From Candidatus Omnitrophota bacterium (lineage in GTDB: Bacteria > Omnitrophota > Gorgyraeia > Gygaellales > UBA12090), in contig JAUSCZ010000035.1 in NCBI GenBank assembly GCA_030674475.1, positions 6,432 through 70,431 on the forward strand: a DNA stretch of 64,000 nucleotides, given 5' to 3'. How positions within the stretch are numbered: position 1 is the first letter of the stretch; the number at the start of each line of letters is the position of its first letter. Under the pieces are notes generated by a model. It was not told the origin of the DNA. It searched no databases and worked only from the letters and a program-made list of their open reading frames with translations. The position numbers and the translations under genes were made by a program. Positions 7,612 to 16,736 of the stretch are shown here, piece after piece.

Positions 7612-10374
7612 TTACTTTCTATTCTTTTCTTTCAACACGGCCTGGGCCGCGGCCAGCCTGGCTATCGGGACCCTAAACGGTGAGCAGGACACATAGTTCA
7701 TCCCCGCCTTATGGCAAAACTCTACTGACTTAGCCTCTCCGCCGTGCTCGCCGCAGATGCCCACTTTCAAATCCTTCTTAGTTTTTCTTCCCCGCTGAAT
7801 ACCCAGTTCAATCAACTGCCCCACGCCTTCCTGGTCAATGGTCTGGAACGGGTCATCCTTAAGTATCCCCTTATCCAGATAATCCGGCAGGAACCCTCCG
7901 ATATCATCCCGGGAAAAACCAAAACTCATCTGGGTAAGGTCGTTGGTGCCGAAAGAAAAAAACTCAGCTACTTCAGCCAGCTTATCCGCGATTAAAACCG
8001 CCCGGGGTATCTCAATCATTGTCCCGAACATATGCGGTATCTTCTTCAGGTTATATTTTTGCAAGACCTCCTGATAAACCTTTTTAAATATAGCCAATTG
8101 GTCAGTCAACTCTTTCACCGCGCAGACCACCGGCACCATTATCTCCGGCTCGGCTTTTACCCCGGACTTAAGCAGTTCCGCGGACGCTTCAAAAATAGCC
8201 CGCACCTGCATTTCAGTTACCTCGGGATAAGTAATTCCCAGGCGCACCCCGCGATGGCCCATCATCGGATTGTTTTCATGCAGGGCATCGGCGCGTTTTT
8301 TGAATTCTTCCAGGTTTATCCCTAAGCTCTGGGCCAGTTCGGTCTGCTGTTTTTCCTCTCTGGGTATAAACTCATGCAAAGGAGGATCCAAAAGACGAAT
8401 AGTAACCGGAAAGCCTTGCATCGCCTCCAATGTCCCTTTAATATCGGATTTCACATAAGGGAAAAGCTCATTTAAGGCTTGCTTTCTTTCTTCTTTAGTT
8501 TTAGAAATAATCATCTTGCGCAGTTTAAACAAGGCTTCTTCGGAGCCTTTGCCGTAGAACATATGCTCGGTCCGGAATAAACCAATGCCTTCAGCCCCGA
8601 AAAATCTGGCCTTGCGGGCGTCTTCCGGGGTATCGGCATTAGTGCGCACTTTAAGCCTGCGGAAAGGATCACAGAGCTTTAAAAACTCAATCAATAACTT
8701 ATTCTCTTCCGAGGCATCCATCATCTTTAACTGCCCCAGATATACATTACCCTTAGTGCCGTTTAAGGTAACCCAATCGCCTTCCTTGATAATTTTATCA
8801 CCGGCAGTTATGGTTTTGTTTCGCGAATCTATATGCAAGCCGCCACAACCGACAATACAGCACTTACCCCAGCCTCTGGCCACTAAGGCGGCGTGAGAAG
8901 TCATTCCGCCTCTGGCAGTAAGAATTGCCTGGGCCGCGCGCATACCTTCAACATCCTCAGGGTTGGTTTCCTCTCTTACCAGAATTACTTTTTTGCCTGT
9001 TTTGGCCCATTCTACTGCCGTATTTGAAGAAAATACCACCATCCCCAGGGCCCCACCCGGCCCGGCCGGTAAACCTTTAGCCACCGGCTGGTGTTCCATC
9101 TCCATCTTAGGGTCAATTACCGGATGCAACAACTCATCTAATTGGTCCGGACTTACCCTTAAGACCGCGGTTTCTTTCTTAATAAGTTTCTCTTTTACCA
9201 TATCCACGGCCATCTTTACCGCCGCCGGGCCGTTACGTTTTCCCACCCGGCACTGGAGCATAAAGAGCTTATTTTTTTCAATGGTAAACTCAATGTCCTG
9301 CATATCATGATAGTGCTTTTCTAAGCGCCGCTGGATATCAAAAAGCTCTTTATAGAGCTTGGGCATTGCCTTTTCCAGGGTTACCAGCTCTTTATTGTGT
9401 TCGCTGGTGGAGTATTCGTTAATCGGAGCGGGGGTGCGGATTCCGGCAACCACGTCTTCACCCTGGGCGTTAATCAGATACTCGCCATAAAATTTATTTT
9501 CACCGTTTCCGGGATTGCGAGTAAAAGCCACGCCGGTGGCTGAATCATTGCCCATATTCCCAAAGACCATAGTCTGGACATTTACCGCGGTGCCCCACTC
9601 ATCGGGAATACGCTCTATCCGGCGGTAGGATACAGCCCGCTTGCCAAACCAGGAAGAAAATACCGCCCCAATACCTCCCCAGAGCTGTTCATAATGTTCG
9701 TCGGGAAATTCCTTTTTTAGCACCTCTTTGATTTTTACCTTAAATAAAGCGCAAAGCCTTTTTAAATCATCAACATTTAAATCCGTATCGCTGGTAATGC
9801 CTTTTTGCTTCTTCATCTCTGACATAATCTTTTCCAGCTGTTTGCGGATTCCCTCGTCATGCTCAGGCTCAATCCCGGCGGCCTTTTCCATCACCACATC
9901 CGAATACATCATAATCAGCCGGCGGTAGGCGTCATAGACAAAGCGCTCATTGCCGCTTTGGCGGATAAGCCCGGGAATAGTTTTCCCGGTAAGCCCGACG
10001 TTCAGCACGGTTTCCATCATCCCCGGCATTGACTTCCTGGCTCCGGAGCGCACCGAAACCAAAAGCGGATTATTAACATCGCCGAATTTACGCTCCATTA
10101 TATTTTCAATTCTTTTTATGGCGGAGTCAGCCTGTTCTTTAAGGCCTTTAGGATAAGTGCGTTTGTTGGCGTAATAATAGACGCAGACATCGGTGGTAAT
10201 GGTAAATCCGGGAGGGACCGGCAGGCGCAAATCTTTATTTCCGGCCATCTCAGCCAGATTTGCCCCTTTGCCGCCTAATAAATTTTTCATACTCTCGTTG
10301 CCATCGGACTTACCGCCGCCAAAAAAATACACCCACTTTTTCGCTTTAGTAGATACAGCTTTACTCTTAGCCAT
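7612..10374 (-). CDS. ppdK: Pyruvate, phosphate dikinase
   Basis: 920 aa. N-terminal KKWVYFFGGG...GGKGANLAEM ATP-grasp segment, central phospho-His domain (GGMTSHAALVARGWGKCCIVG) and C-terminal PEP-utilizing TIM barrel. Confidence 0.9.
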   Translation of the reverse strand: MAKSKAVSTKAKKWVYFFGGGKSDGNESMKNLLGGKGANLAEMAGNKDLRLPVPPGFTITTDVCVYYYANKRTYPKGLKEQADSAIKRIENIMERKFGDVNNPLLVSVRSGARKSMPGMMETVLNVGLTGKTIPGLIRQSGNERFVYDAYRRLIMMYSDVVMEKAAGIEPEHDEGIRKQLEKIMSEMKKQKGITSDTDLNVDDLKRLCALFKVKIKEVLKKEFPDEHYEQLWGGIGAVFSSWFGKRAVSYRRIERIPDEWGTAVNVQTMVFGNMGNDSATGVAFTRNPGNGENKFYGEYLINAQGEDVVAGIRTPAPINEYSTSEHNKELVTLEKAMPKLYKELFDIQRRLEKHYHDMQDIEFTIEKNKLFMLQCRVGKRNGPAAVKMAVDMVKEKLIKKETAVLRVSPDQLDELLHPVIDPKMEMEHQPVAKGLPAGPGGALGMVVFSSNTAVEWAKTGKKVILVREETNPEDVEGMRAAQAILTARGGMTSHAALVARGWGKCCIVGCGGLHIDSRNKTITAGDKIIKEGDWVTLNGTKGNVYLGQLKMMDASEENKLLIEFLKLCDPFRRLKVRTNADTPEDARKARFFGAEGIGLFRTEHMFYGKGSEEALFKLRKMIISKTKEERKQALNELFPYVKSDIKGTLEAMQGFPVTIRLLDPPLHEFIPREEKQQTELAQSLGINLEEFKKRADALHENNPMMGHRGVRLGITYPEVTEMQVRAIFEASAELLKSGVKAEPEIMVPVVCAVKELTDQLAIFKKVYQEVLQKYNLKKIPHMFGTMIEIPRAVLIADKLAEVAEFFSFGTNDLTQMSFGFSRDDIGGFLPDYLDKGILKDDPFQTIDQEGVGQLIELGIQRGRKTKKDLKVGICGEHGGEAKSVEFCHKAGMNYVSCSPFRVPIARLAAAQAVLKEKNRK

Positions 10375-10401
10375 TGCTTTTAATACCCTCCCTATTATTT
10401 G

Positions 10402-11712
10402 TTAGTGCAGCTTATTATTAAAATATTCCTTTAATTTATCTACTGAAATCCGTTCCTGCAACATCGTATCCCTGTCTCGCACCGTAACCTGCTTGTCTTC
10501 TAATGATTGCACATCCACGGTCAGACAAAATAAAGTTCCCACCTCGTCCTGCCGGCGGTAAAGTTTGCCGATGGCCGCGGTGTCATCATACACGCAGGCA
10601 AAAGACCCGCGCAAATCCTGGTAAATCTTTTTGGCCAGCTCCACAATTTCCGGCCGGTTCTTTAGCAAAGGCAGGACTGCCGCCTTTGTAGGAGCTAATT
10701 CCTTGGAAAACTTAAGGACCACCCGGGTTTCATCCTTCACCTTTTCCTCATAATAGGCATCCACCAGGAATGCCAGGGCCGCCCTATCCACGCCTCCCGA
10801 AGGCTCTATAACATAGGGAACAATCTTCTCCTTAGTGTTGGTGTCAAAATAAGACAATTCTTTACCGGAAAACTTGCTATGTTGAACCAGGTCAAAATCG
10901 CCCCTATTGGCAATCCCTTCTAACTCCGACCATCCAAAGGGAAATTGATACTCTATGTCTGAACAGGCCTTGGCATAATGGGCCAATTCCCCTTGATCGT
11001 GAGGCCGCAGGCGCAGGTTTTCCTTTTTCATTCCCAGCCTCAGATACCAGTCGTAGCGCTCCTGGACCCAATATTCATAATATTTCTTCGACTCCTCGGG
11101 CCGGACAAAATACTCTATCTCCATCTGCTCAAACTCCCGGGTGCGGAAGGTAATATTGCCCGGGGTTATCTCGTTGCGAAAAGACTTGCCAATTTGGGCA
11201 ATGCCAAAGGGGAGTTTTTTCCGGGAGACATCCACAATATTAAGGAAGTTAACGAATATCCCCTGGGCGGTTTCCGGGCGAAGATAGACTAAATTAGCCG
11301 CATCCTCAACCGGACCTTGATAAGTCTTATACATTAAATTGAATATCCGGGCTTCGGTTAAATCCTGGCTCCCGCATTCCGGGCATTTGCCCTGAATATG
11401 ATCAGCGCGCCATCTCTTCTTGCAGTTTCTGCAATCTACCGAAAGGTCGGAGAAATTCTGAGTATGACCGGAGGCCTCCCAGACTTTCGGATGCATCAGG
11501 ATTGCCGCGTCTAAGCCCACCATATCCGCGCGCCCGCGCACATTGGCCTGCCACCAGGCCTCCTTAATATTGCGTTTCAGTTCCGTGCCGTAGGGGCCGT
11601 AATCCCAGGTATTAGCCAAGCCGCCGTAAATCTCCGAACCCTGAAAGATAAAACCCCGCCTCTTGCACAAAGAGACTATCTTTTCCATTAAGTCTGCAGT
11701 ATATTGTGACAT
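10402..11712 (-). CDS. glyQS: Glycine--tRNA ligase (alpha2 dimeric class II type)
   Basis: MSQYTADLMEKIVSLCKRRGFIFQGSEIYGG...TWDYGPYG motif characteristic of GlyRS. Confidence 0.85.
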   Translation of the reverse strand: MSQYTADLMEKIVSLCKRRGFIFQGSEIYGGLANTWDYGPYGTELKRNIKEAWWQANVRGRADMVGLDAAILMHPKVWEASGHTQNFSDLSVDCRNCKKRWRADHIQGKCPECGSQDLTEARIFNLMYKTYQGPVEDAANLVYLRPETAQGIFVNFLNIVDVSRKKLPFGIAQIGKSFRNEITPGNITFRTREFEQMEIEYFVRPEESKKYYEYWVQERYDWYLRLGMKKENLRLRPHDQGELAHYAKACSDIEYQFPFGWSELEGIANRGDFDLVQHSKFSGKELSYFDTNTKEKIVPYVIEPSGGVDRAALAFLVDAYYEEKVKDETRVVLKFSKELAPTKAAVLPLLKNRPEIVELAKKIYQDLRGSFACVYDDTAAIGKLYRRQDEVGTLFCLTVDVQSLEDKQVTVRDRDTMLQERISVDKLKEYFNNKLH

Positions 11713-11737
11713 AAATTCTCAATAATCATTCTAATTC

Positions 11738-11786
11738 CCTCCCCCTTGTGGGGAGGGTTAGGGAGGGGGATTACAAACTAATGTCA
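11738..11786. repeat. Family-A palindromic element (inverted orientation)
   Basis: ttccctcccccttgtggggagggttagggagggggattac. Confidence 0.6.
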
Positions 11787-11806
11787 CGGAGCAGTAGCCT
11801 GAGCCC

Positions 11807-12637
11807 TTATTTTATCTTTTTTAGTTCCTCTTCTTTTATACTGAAGGTATGTTCCGGGGCGGGGAATTTTTGAGCCAGGACTTCCTCTTTATATTTTACT
11901 ATTGCCTCTGAAATCAACGGTGAAAGGTTGACATACTTCTTCACAAACTTAGGGGTAAACCTTTCAAACAAACCCAGCATATCATAGCTGACTAAGACCT
12001 GTCCGTCGCAATTAACCCCGGCGCCGATGCCTATCGTCGGTATCTTTAATCTTTGGGTGATAATCTCCGCCAGTTTATCCGGCACGCACTCCAGCACCAA
12101 GGAAAAACAACCTAACCCCTCCAAGGCCAGGGCCTGCTCAATAAGCTTTTGGGCGGCGTCCGCGTCCTTGCCCTGAACCTTAAATCCGCCTAACTTATCC
12201 GCGGTCTGCGGGGTTAAGCCAATGTGGCCCATTACCGCGATACCGGCCTTAATAATCTTTTCGCTAACCTCAAGACACCTATCAAACCATTCCAGCTTTA
12301 CGCAGTCGCATTTGGCCTCATCAATAAAACGTTTAGCGTTTTTCACCGCTTCATCCGGGTTAATCTGATAAGATTCATATGGCATATCTCCCACCACCAG
12401 CGCGTTCTTTACCGCCCGGCGCACGGCTTTGGCATGATGAAGCATCTCGCTCATCCCCACCTTAGTGGTTGAATCCAGGCCCAAAACTACATTAGCCACC
12501 GAATCCCCCACCAAGATCATATCAATGCCCGCGCGATCAATCAAAGAAGCCAGAGGATAATCATAGGCGGTAAGCATAGTGATTTTACGCTTATTTTTTA
12601 AGGCTAAAATATCGGCTATAGTTAATTTGGGTTCCAC
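11807..12637 (-). CDS. panB: 3-methyl-2-oxobutanoate hydroxymethyltransferase
   Basis: PanB/KPHMT family motifs (ILVGDS..., GIGAG...). Confidence 0.85.
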   Translation of the reverse strand: MEPKLTIADILALKNKRKITMLTAYDYPLASLIDRAGIDMILVGDSVANVVLGLDSTTKVGMSEMLHHAKAVRRAVKNALVVGDMPYESYQINPDEAVKNAKRFIDEAKCDCVKLEWFDRCLEVSEKIIKAGIAVMGHIGLTPQTADKLGGFKVQGKDADAAQKLIEQALALEGLGCFSLVLECVPDKLAEIITQRLKIPTIGIGAGVNCDGQVLVSYDMLGLFERFTPKFVKKYVNLSPLISEAIVKYKEEVLAQKFPAPEHTFSIKEEELKKIK

Positions 12638-12654
12638 TTTTTCGTTTTTCGCGA

Positions 12655-13317
12655 TTACTTATTGATTAGGCTGGCGAAATAGCCAGCCCCAAAACCGTTA
12701 TCAATATTTACTACCGCTATCCCGGGAGAACAACTGTTCAGCATAGTAAGCAGGGCAGAGAGGCCCTTAAAACTCGCCCCGTAACCCACGCTGGTAGGCA
12801 CAGCCACTACCGGGCATTTTACCATGCCGCTGACTACGCTGGCCAAGGCCCCCTCCATCCCGGCGGCCACCACAATAACCTTGGCCTTAAAAAGCTGTTT
12901 CTTCTTGTCAATCAAGCGGTGGATTCCCGCCACCCCTACATCATAGAGCCGCTCCACCTTGTTTCCCATCACCTCTAAAACCACCGCCGCCTCCTCAGCC
13001 ACCGGTATGTCTGAAGTTCCGGCGCTGACCACTAATGCCAGTCCTTTTTTCTTAGGAGAACTTTTACTTAGGTAGGCAATGTTCGCCTGAGAATTATATT
13101 TCAGGCGCCCAAAGGTATTTTTCAGGTAAAGATATGACTGCTCCTTAATCCTGGTAATCAACAGAGGCTCGCCGTGGGAAATCAAGCCGCGGGAAATCTC
13201 AAGAATCTGCTTATCCGTCTTACCGGGGGCGTAAACAACTTCAGGAAAACCCCGCCTTTTGGCCCGGTCGGTATCCAGCTTGGCAAAACCCAATTCATGA
13301 TAGCCCTTATTTCCCAC
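12655..13317 (-). CDS. larB: PurE-like COG1691 / LarB-family protein (pyridinium-3,5-biscarboxylic acid mononucleotide synthase-like)
   Basis: C-terminal PurE-like fold (LVVSAGTSDIPVAEEAAVVLEVMG..., VVAAGMEGALASVVSGMV.PVVAVPTS) with an N-terminal extension typical of COG1691. Confidence 0.55.
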   Translation of the reverse strand: MGNKGYHELGFAKLDTDRAKRRGFPEVVYAPGKTDKQILEISRGLISHGEPLLITRIKEQSYLYLKNTFGRLKYNSQANIAYLSKSSPKKKGLALVVSAGTSDIPVAEEAAVVLEVMGNKVERLYDVGVAGIHRLIDKKKQLFKAKVIVVAAGMEGALASVVSGMVKCPVVAVPTSVGYGASFKGLSALLTMLNSCSPGIAVVNIDNGFGAGYFASLINK

Positions 13318-13623
13318 CTATCCCCTGATGATTATGGCCAGCAGTATGGCTATCAATACGCCTGACAAAAGATAAAAATCGTAAAAATAAAAAAAATCCT
13401 TCAGGCGCTCACTAAAAGTAAATTGCGGTTTGATGCTTACTCTATGAGTTACCGTATCTATTTTAACCTTATATTGATCTATCTGATCCTTTTGAAAGCG
13501 CAGGTAAAGCCCGCCTACTTTATAAGCCGGAATCTTGCCCTCTTCGGATAAATCAATTACCTCTTTTTCGCTTAAGGCTAAAGCATACGCCACTTCCCGG
13601 ATAGTCAACAATTTCTCAGCCAT
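13318..13623 (-). CDS. Excisionase/MerR-type HTH domain protein with C-terminal TM helix
   Basis: LLTIREVAYALALSEKEVIDLSEEGKIPAYKVGGLYLRFQKDQIDQY is an HTH_17-like motif. Hydrophobic C-terminus. Confidence 0.5.
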   Translation of the reverse strand: MAEKLLTIREVAYALALSEKEVIDLSEEGKIPAYKVGGLYLRFQKDQIDQYKVKIDTVTHRVSIKPQFTFSERLKDFFYFYDFYLLSGVLIAILLAIIIRG

Positions 13624-13730
13624 TATTTTATTTATTTAAGACCGCTAAACCACAAAAAAAACACTAACCTAGCATTTCTTTTTTCGCGCTTACCTGCTCA
13701 ACAGGCAGGTAACTTTTGCGTTTTTGCGGT

Positions 13731-14234
13731 TTATTTTACCTTACCCGCGGAAATCCATTCCTCGATTGCCTTGCGCTCAAACTTCCAATGGTCGGATTCT
13801 TTTACCGCCGGAATCCTGCCTGAACCCGCCCACTCCAATATTGAGGCCAGCTCCACCTCTAAATATTTAGCCACTTCTTCAGCGCTCAAATTATCGTTAA
13901 GCATATGGCAGGTTCCTTCCAAAACCGCTCCCTCACTGACAATTAATTTCGCGGTCCTTAACTCGGCCTCAACCACCGCCGTGGGAAGCAGGGTGAGCCT
14001 TTGCTTGGCCAGGATATCTCCCTTAATCCTGCCGGCCACTATTATATCATCTCCGATAAGATTGGCCTTGACTATCGCGCTTGGCCCGATGACTAAAGTT
14101 CCTCTAGTCTCCAGAGTCCCTTCAAACTTTCCGTTGATTCTTAAGTTTACCGGATCCCGAAAAGTCAGACTTCCGGACATCGCGGCATCCACATCCAGGA
14201 TTTTTTCTTCCTTATGCCGATCTTTAAACGCCAT
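13731..14234 (-). CDS. Bactofilin-domain protein fused to a C-terminal excisionase-type HTH domain
   Basis: Bactofilin beta-helical repeat region (GTLETRGTLVIGPSAIVKANLIGDDIIVAGRIKGDI...). C-terminus LSAEEVAKYLEVELASILEWAGSGRIPAVKESDHWKFERKAIEEWI resembles the HTH of the two neighbouring ORFs. Confidence 0.55.
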   Translation of the reverse strand: MAFKDRHKEEKILDVDAAMSGSLTFRDPVNLRINGKFEGTLETRGTLVIGPSAIVKANLIGDDIIVAGRIKGDILAKQRLTLLPTAVVEAELRTAKLIVSEGAVLEGTCHMLNDNLSAEEVAKYLEVELASILEWAGSGRIPAVKESDHWKFERKAIEEWISAGKVK

Positions 14235-14274
14235 ATCTGCCTCCTCTTAGAAATTCAGGGGCGTATCAACAAGG

Positions 14275-14700
14275 CTAACCCAAAATTTTATTTTCAATCG
14301 TCTTAAGCAGTAATAAAACCGCCAAGGCGATTATGGTTGTGGCGCAGGCCGCCAGGTAAAACCCGCAGCCTACCGCCATACCTACTGCCGCCGCTACCCA
14401 AAGAGTAGCGGCAGTGGTAAGGCCTTTGATCTCTTCCCCGTAACGGATAATTGTACCGGCTCCCAAAAAGCCGATACCGGTTATGATTCCTGAGGCAATC
14501 CTGGATGGATCCGATAAAACCTTGTCTTTATATATATCAAAAATATACATAGATGTCAACATAATCAAGGTTGAACCGACAGAAACTAAAATATGAGTGC
14601 GCAGTCCGGCTGCCCGGCGATGCAGTTGACGCTCTAATCCAATCAGGCCGCTTAACACGGCCGATACCAACAAGCGCAGAACAACCTGGATATCATTCAT
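14275..14700 (-). CDS. mgtC: MgtC/SapB family membrane protein
   Basis: LERQLHRRAAGLRTHILVSVGSTLIM...GIGFLGAGTI signature of the MgtC family. Confidence 0.8.
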   Translation of the reverse strand: MNDIQVVLRLLVSAVLSGLIGLERQLHRRAAGLRTHILVSVGSTLIMLTSMYIFDIYKDKVLSDPSRIASGIITGIGFLGAGTIIRYGEEIKGLTTAATLWVAAAVGMAVGCGFYLAACATTIIALAVLLLLKTIENKILG

Positions 14701-14708
14701 AGGTCACC

Positions 14709-15125
14709 TCACACCCGACGCTCAGCCAGAATATCTAAGAATTTCCTGACATCTATTATCTTTATCCCTTCAAATTCAACTAACTTCTTTAGGTGCTTAT
14801 CGCCGCTGATAATGTAATCCGCCTGAGCTTCGATAGCACATTCTAAAAACTTATTGTCTGAAGGGTCTTCTTTTATGACTTTGATTTTTCTGGCAGGAAC
14901 TACAGAAATAGCATTTTTCCTTATCACCTTATCCCAATCCGCGATAATTCCTGGATCAACATTTAGCCTACGCATTACTTTAAGGCTTTCCTGGATGATT
15001 TCTTCTGTGATGAAAAGCTGATACTTCCGGGCCCTCTTCCAGGCTTTGATTACCAAAGAAGGATTACCTGCTTCTACGAGGACACCGGAGATAAAAACAT
15101 TGGTATCAATAACGACTTTCAGCAA
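14709..15125 (-). CDS. PIN-domain toxin (putative toxin-antitoxin toxin component, PIN family)
   Basis: MLKVVIDTNVFISG... with conserved acidic residues. Overlaps the upstream HTH gene by a 2-nt gap. Confidence 0.7.
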   Translation of the reverse strand: MLKVVIDTNVFISGVLVEAGNPSLVIKAWKRARKYQLFITEEIIQESLKVMRRLNVDPGIIADWDKVIRKNAISVVPARKIKVIKEDPSDNKFLECAIEAQADYIISGDKHLKKLVEFEGIKIIDVRKFLDILAERRV

Positions 15126-15126
15126 A

Positions 15127-15417
15127 TTATCTTTCCTCTCGCCTTACTTCTTCAACTGTCTGCTGAATCTTCTGTTCTGTAATCCCTGTTACCTTGCCAA
15201 ACCTTTGACTTCTCTTCAAGAGGTTTTCAAACTCCTGATCCCATCCGCTTTCAACCTCAAGCCATTTGTCAATAATGTCTTTTTTGAAACGCAAAGCTCT
15301 GCCCATCCGGATAACAGGGATTTCCCCCAAATGCACCTTTTTATAAAGGGTCATCTCATTAATCTGGAGATAATCTGCCATCTGTCTTGCGGTCATAATT
15401 TCCTGCATTTGTATCAC
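15127..15417 (-). CDS. Excisionase-family HTH DNA-binding protein (cognate antitoxin of the PIN protein)
   Basis: MTARQMADYLQINEMTLYKKVHLGEIPVIRMGRALRFKKDIIDKWL is an excisionase/HTH_17 motif. Lies immediately upstream of the PIN gene. Confidence 0.65.
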   Translation of the reverse strand: MIQMQEIMTARQMADYLQINEMTLYKKVHLGEIPVIRMGRALRFKKDIIDKWLEVESGWDQEFENLLKRSQRFGKVTGITEQKIQQTVEEVRREER

Positions 15418-15431
15418 CTCTTTTCATAACT

Positions 15432-15460
15432 AATATAACATATTCTTGTTTGTTTGTCAA
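15432..15460 (-). promoter_or_regulatory. Sigma-70-type promoter for the HTH-PIN-mgtC-bactofilin operon
   Basis: Minus-strand TTGACA (15455-15460), a 17-nt spacer, then TATATT (15432-15437). GAGGTG Shine-Dalgarno and ATG follow about 20 nt downstream. Confidence 0.5.
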
Positions 15461-15662
15461 GTATTTTGTATATTATTTTATGTTGGTGTATATTCTAATT
15501 ACCTTTCCGCCAATATCTCTGCCGCCTCTTCTAAATCCTCAGGAAACACCTACCTGCCAGTAGGCAGGCATCTATATGATACCTCCACATTGTCGCCACA
15601 GGGGAAAAACACTTAATGTTTAGGCTCATTTTATGTTTTAGGTTTTAAAAAGAGATTTGTCA

Positions 15663-16736
15663 TCAAGAATTTGTGTTTAAATAATAATTTGACCTTTTGC
15701 CTCTTTTAAACAGCTGATACCCTAAGCCGGCAATCATCGCGGCGTTGTCCAGGGTAAGTCCTTTACCGGGAAAATAAACCTTTATATTTTTTAACCCCTC
15801 CCCGCCTCCCCTTGTTAAGGGGAGGATTTCTACCCCTCCCCGCCTCCCCTTGGTAAGGGGAGGATTTCTTGATTCGGCCTCTTCTTTGAATTTGTTTCTC
15901 AGGTAATTATTCGCCGCCACCCCGCCTCCAATAACCAGCGTATTAATTTTATGGCGCTCACAGGCCAAGAAGGACTTTTCAATCAGCGCCTCAACCACTG
16001 CTTTTTGAAAACTTGCCGCCAAATCCGCGGCTTGGGGCTTGCGGCTGGTAACCTGTGACTTGTAGAGGACTGCCGTCTTGATGCCGCTAAAGGAAAACCC
16101 CAAATCGCTGGGGCCCTGGCAGGAAAAGCGAAAACCCTTAGAGTCCCCTTCCCTGGCCAATTTTTCAATCACCGGGCCGCCGGGATAACCCAGGCCCAAA
16201 ATCTTGGCTACCTTATCAAAGGCCTCACCAGCGGCATCATCGGCGGTAGAGCTTAATTGCTTAAAACGAAAATCGCGCTCAACCAAAAATAAATTAGTAT
16301 GCCCCCCGGAAACCACCAGGCCCACAAAAGGGAGCGCGGGAAGCCGGAGCCTATCTTTAACGTCAGCGCCGGATAAAAAGCTGGCATATAAATGCGCCTC
16401 TAAATGATTAACCCCGATAAGCGGTTTCTGAAGAGCCAGGCTTAAGGCCTTAGCAAAAGATATTCCCACTAAAAGAGAGCCGATCAAACCCGGGGATTGA
16501 GTAACACAGATTAAATCCATATCGCTGAGCTTTTGACAAGCCGCCTCCAGAGCTTTTCTTGCGGTTATGGTTATTGACTCGATATGCGCCCGGAAGGCGA
16601 TCTCCGGGATTATCCCTTGGTATTTCCGGTGCTCTTTTAAGCTGGAGGCAATAATATTAGAAAGAACATATCTCCCGTCCTTAACTACAGCCACCGAAGT
16701 TTCGTCGCAGGAAGTTTCAATACCTAAAGAAAGCAT
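15663..16736 (-). CDS. tsaD: tRNA N6-adenosine threonylcarbamoyltransferase TsaD, with an in-frame insertion of two family-A palindromic elements near the C-terminus
   Basis: MLSLGIETSCDETSVAVV...HLEAHLYA Kae1/TsaD signature. The insertion ESRNPPLTKGRRGGVEILPLTRGGGEGL is encoded exactly by the palindromes at 15786-15870, just before the conserved LDNAAMIAGLGY C-terminus. Confidence 0.85.
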   Translation of the reverse strand: MLSLGIETSCDETSVAVVKDGRYVLSNIIASSLKEHRKYQGIIPEIAFRAHIESITITARKALEAACQKLSDMDLICVTQSPGLIGSLLVGISFAKALSLALQKPLIGVNHLEAHLYASFLSGADVKDRLRLPALPFVGLVVSGGHTNLFLVERDFRFKQLSSTADDAAGEAFDKVAKILGLGYPGGPVIEKLAREGDSKGFRFSCQGPSDLGFSFSGIKTAVLYKSQVTSRKPQAADLAASFQKAVVEALIEKSFLACERHKINTLVIGGGVAANNYLRNKFKEEAESRNPPLTKGRRGGVEILPLTRGGGEGLKNIKVYFPGKGLTLDNAAMIAGLGYQLFKRGKRSNYYLNTNS

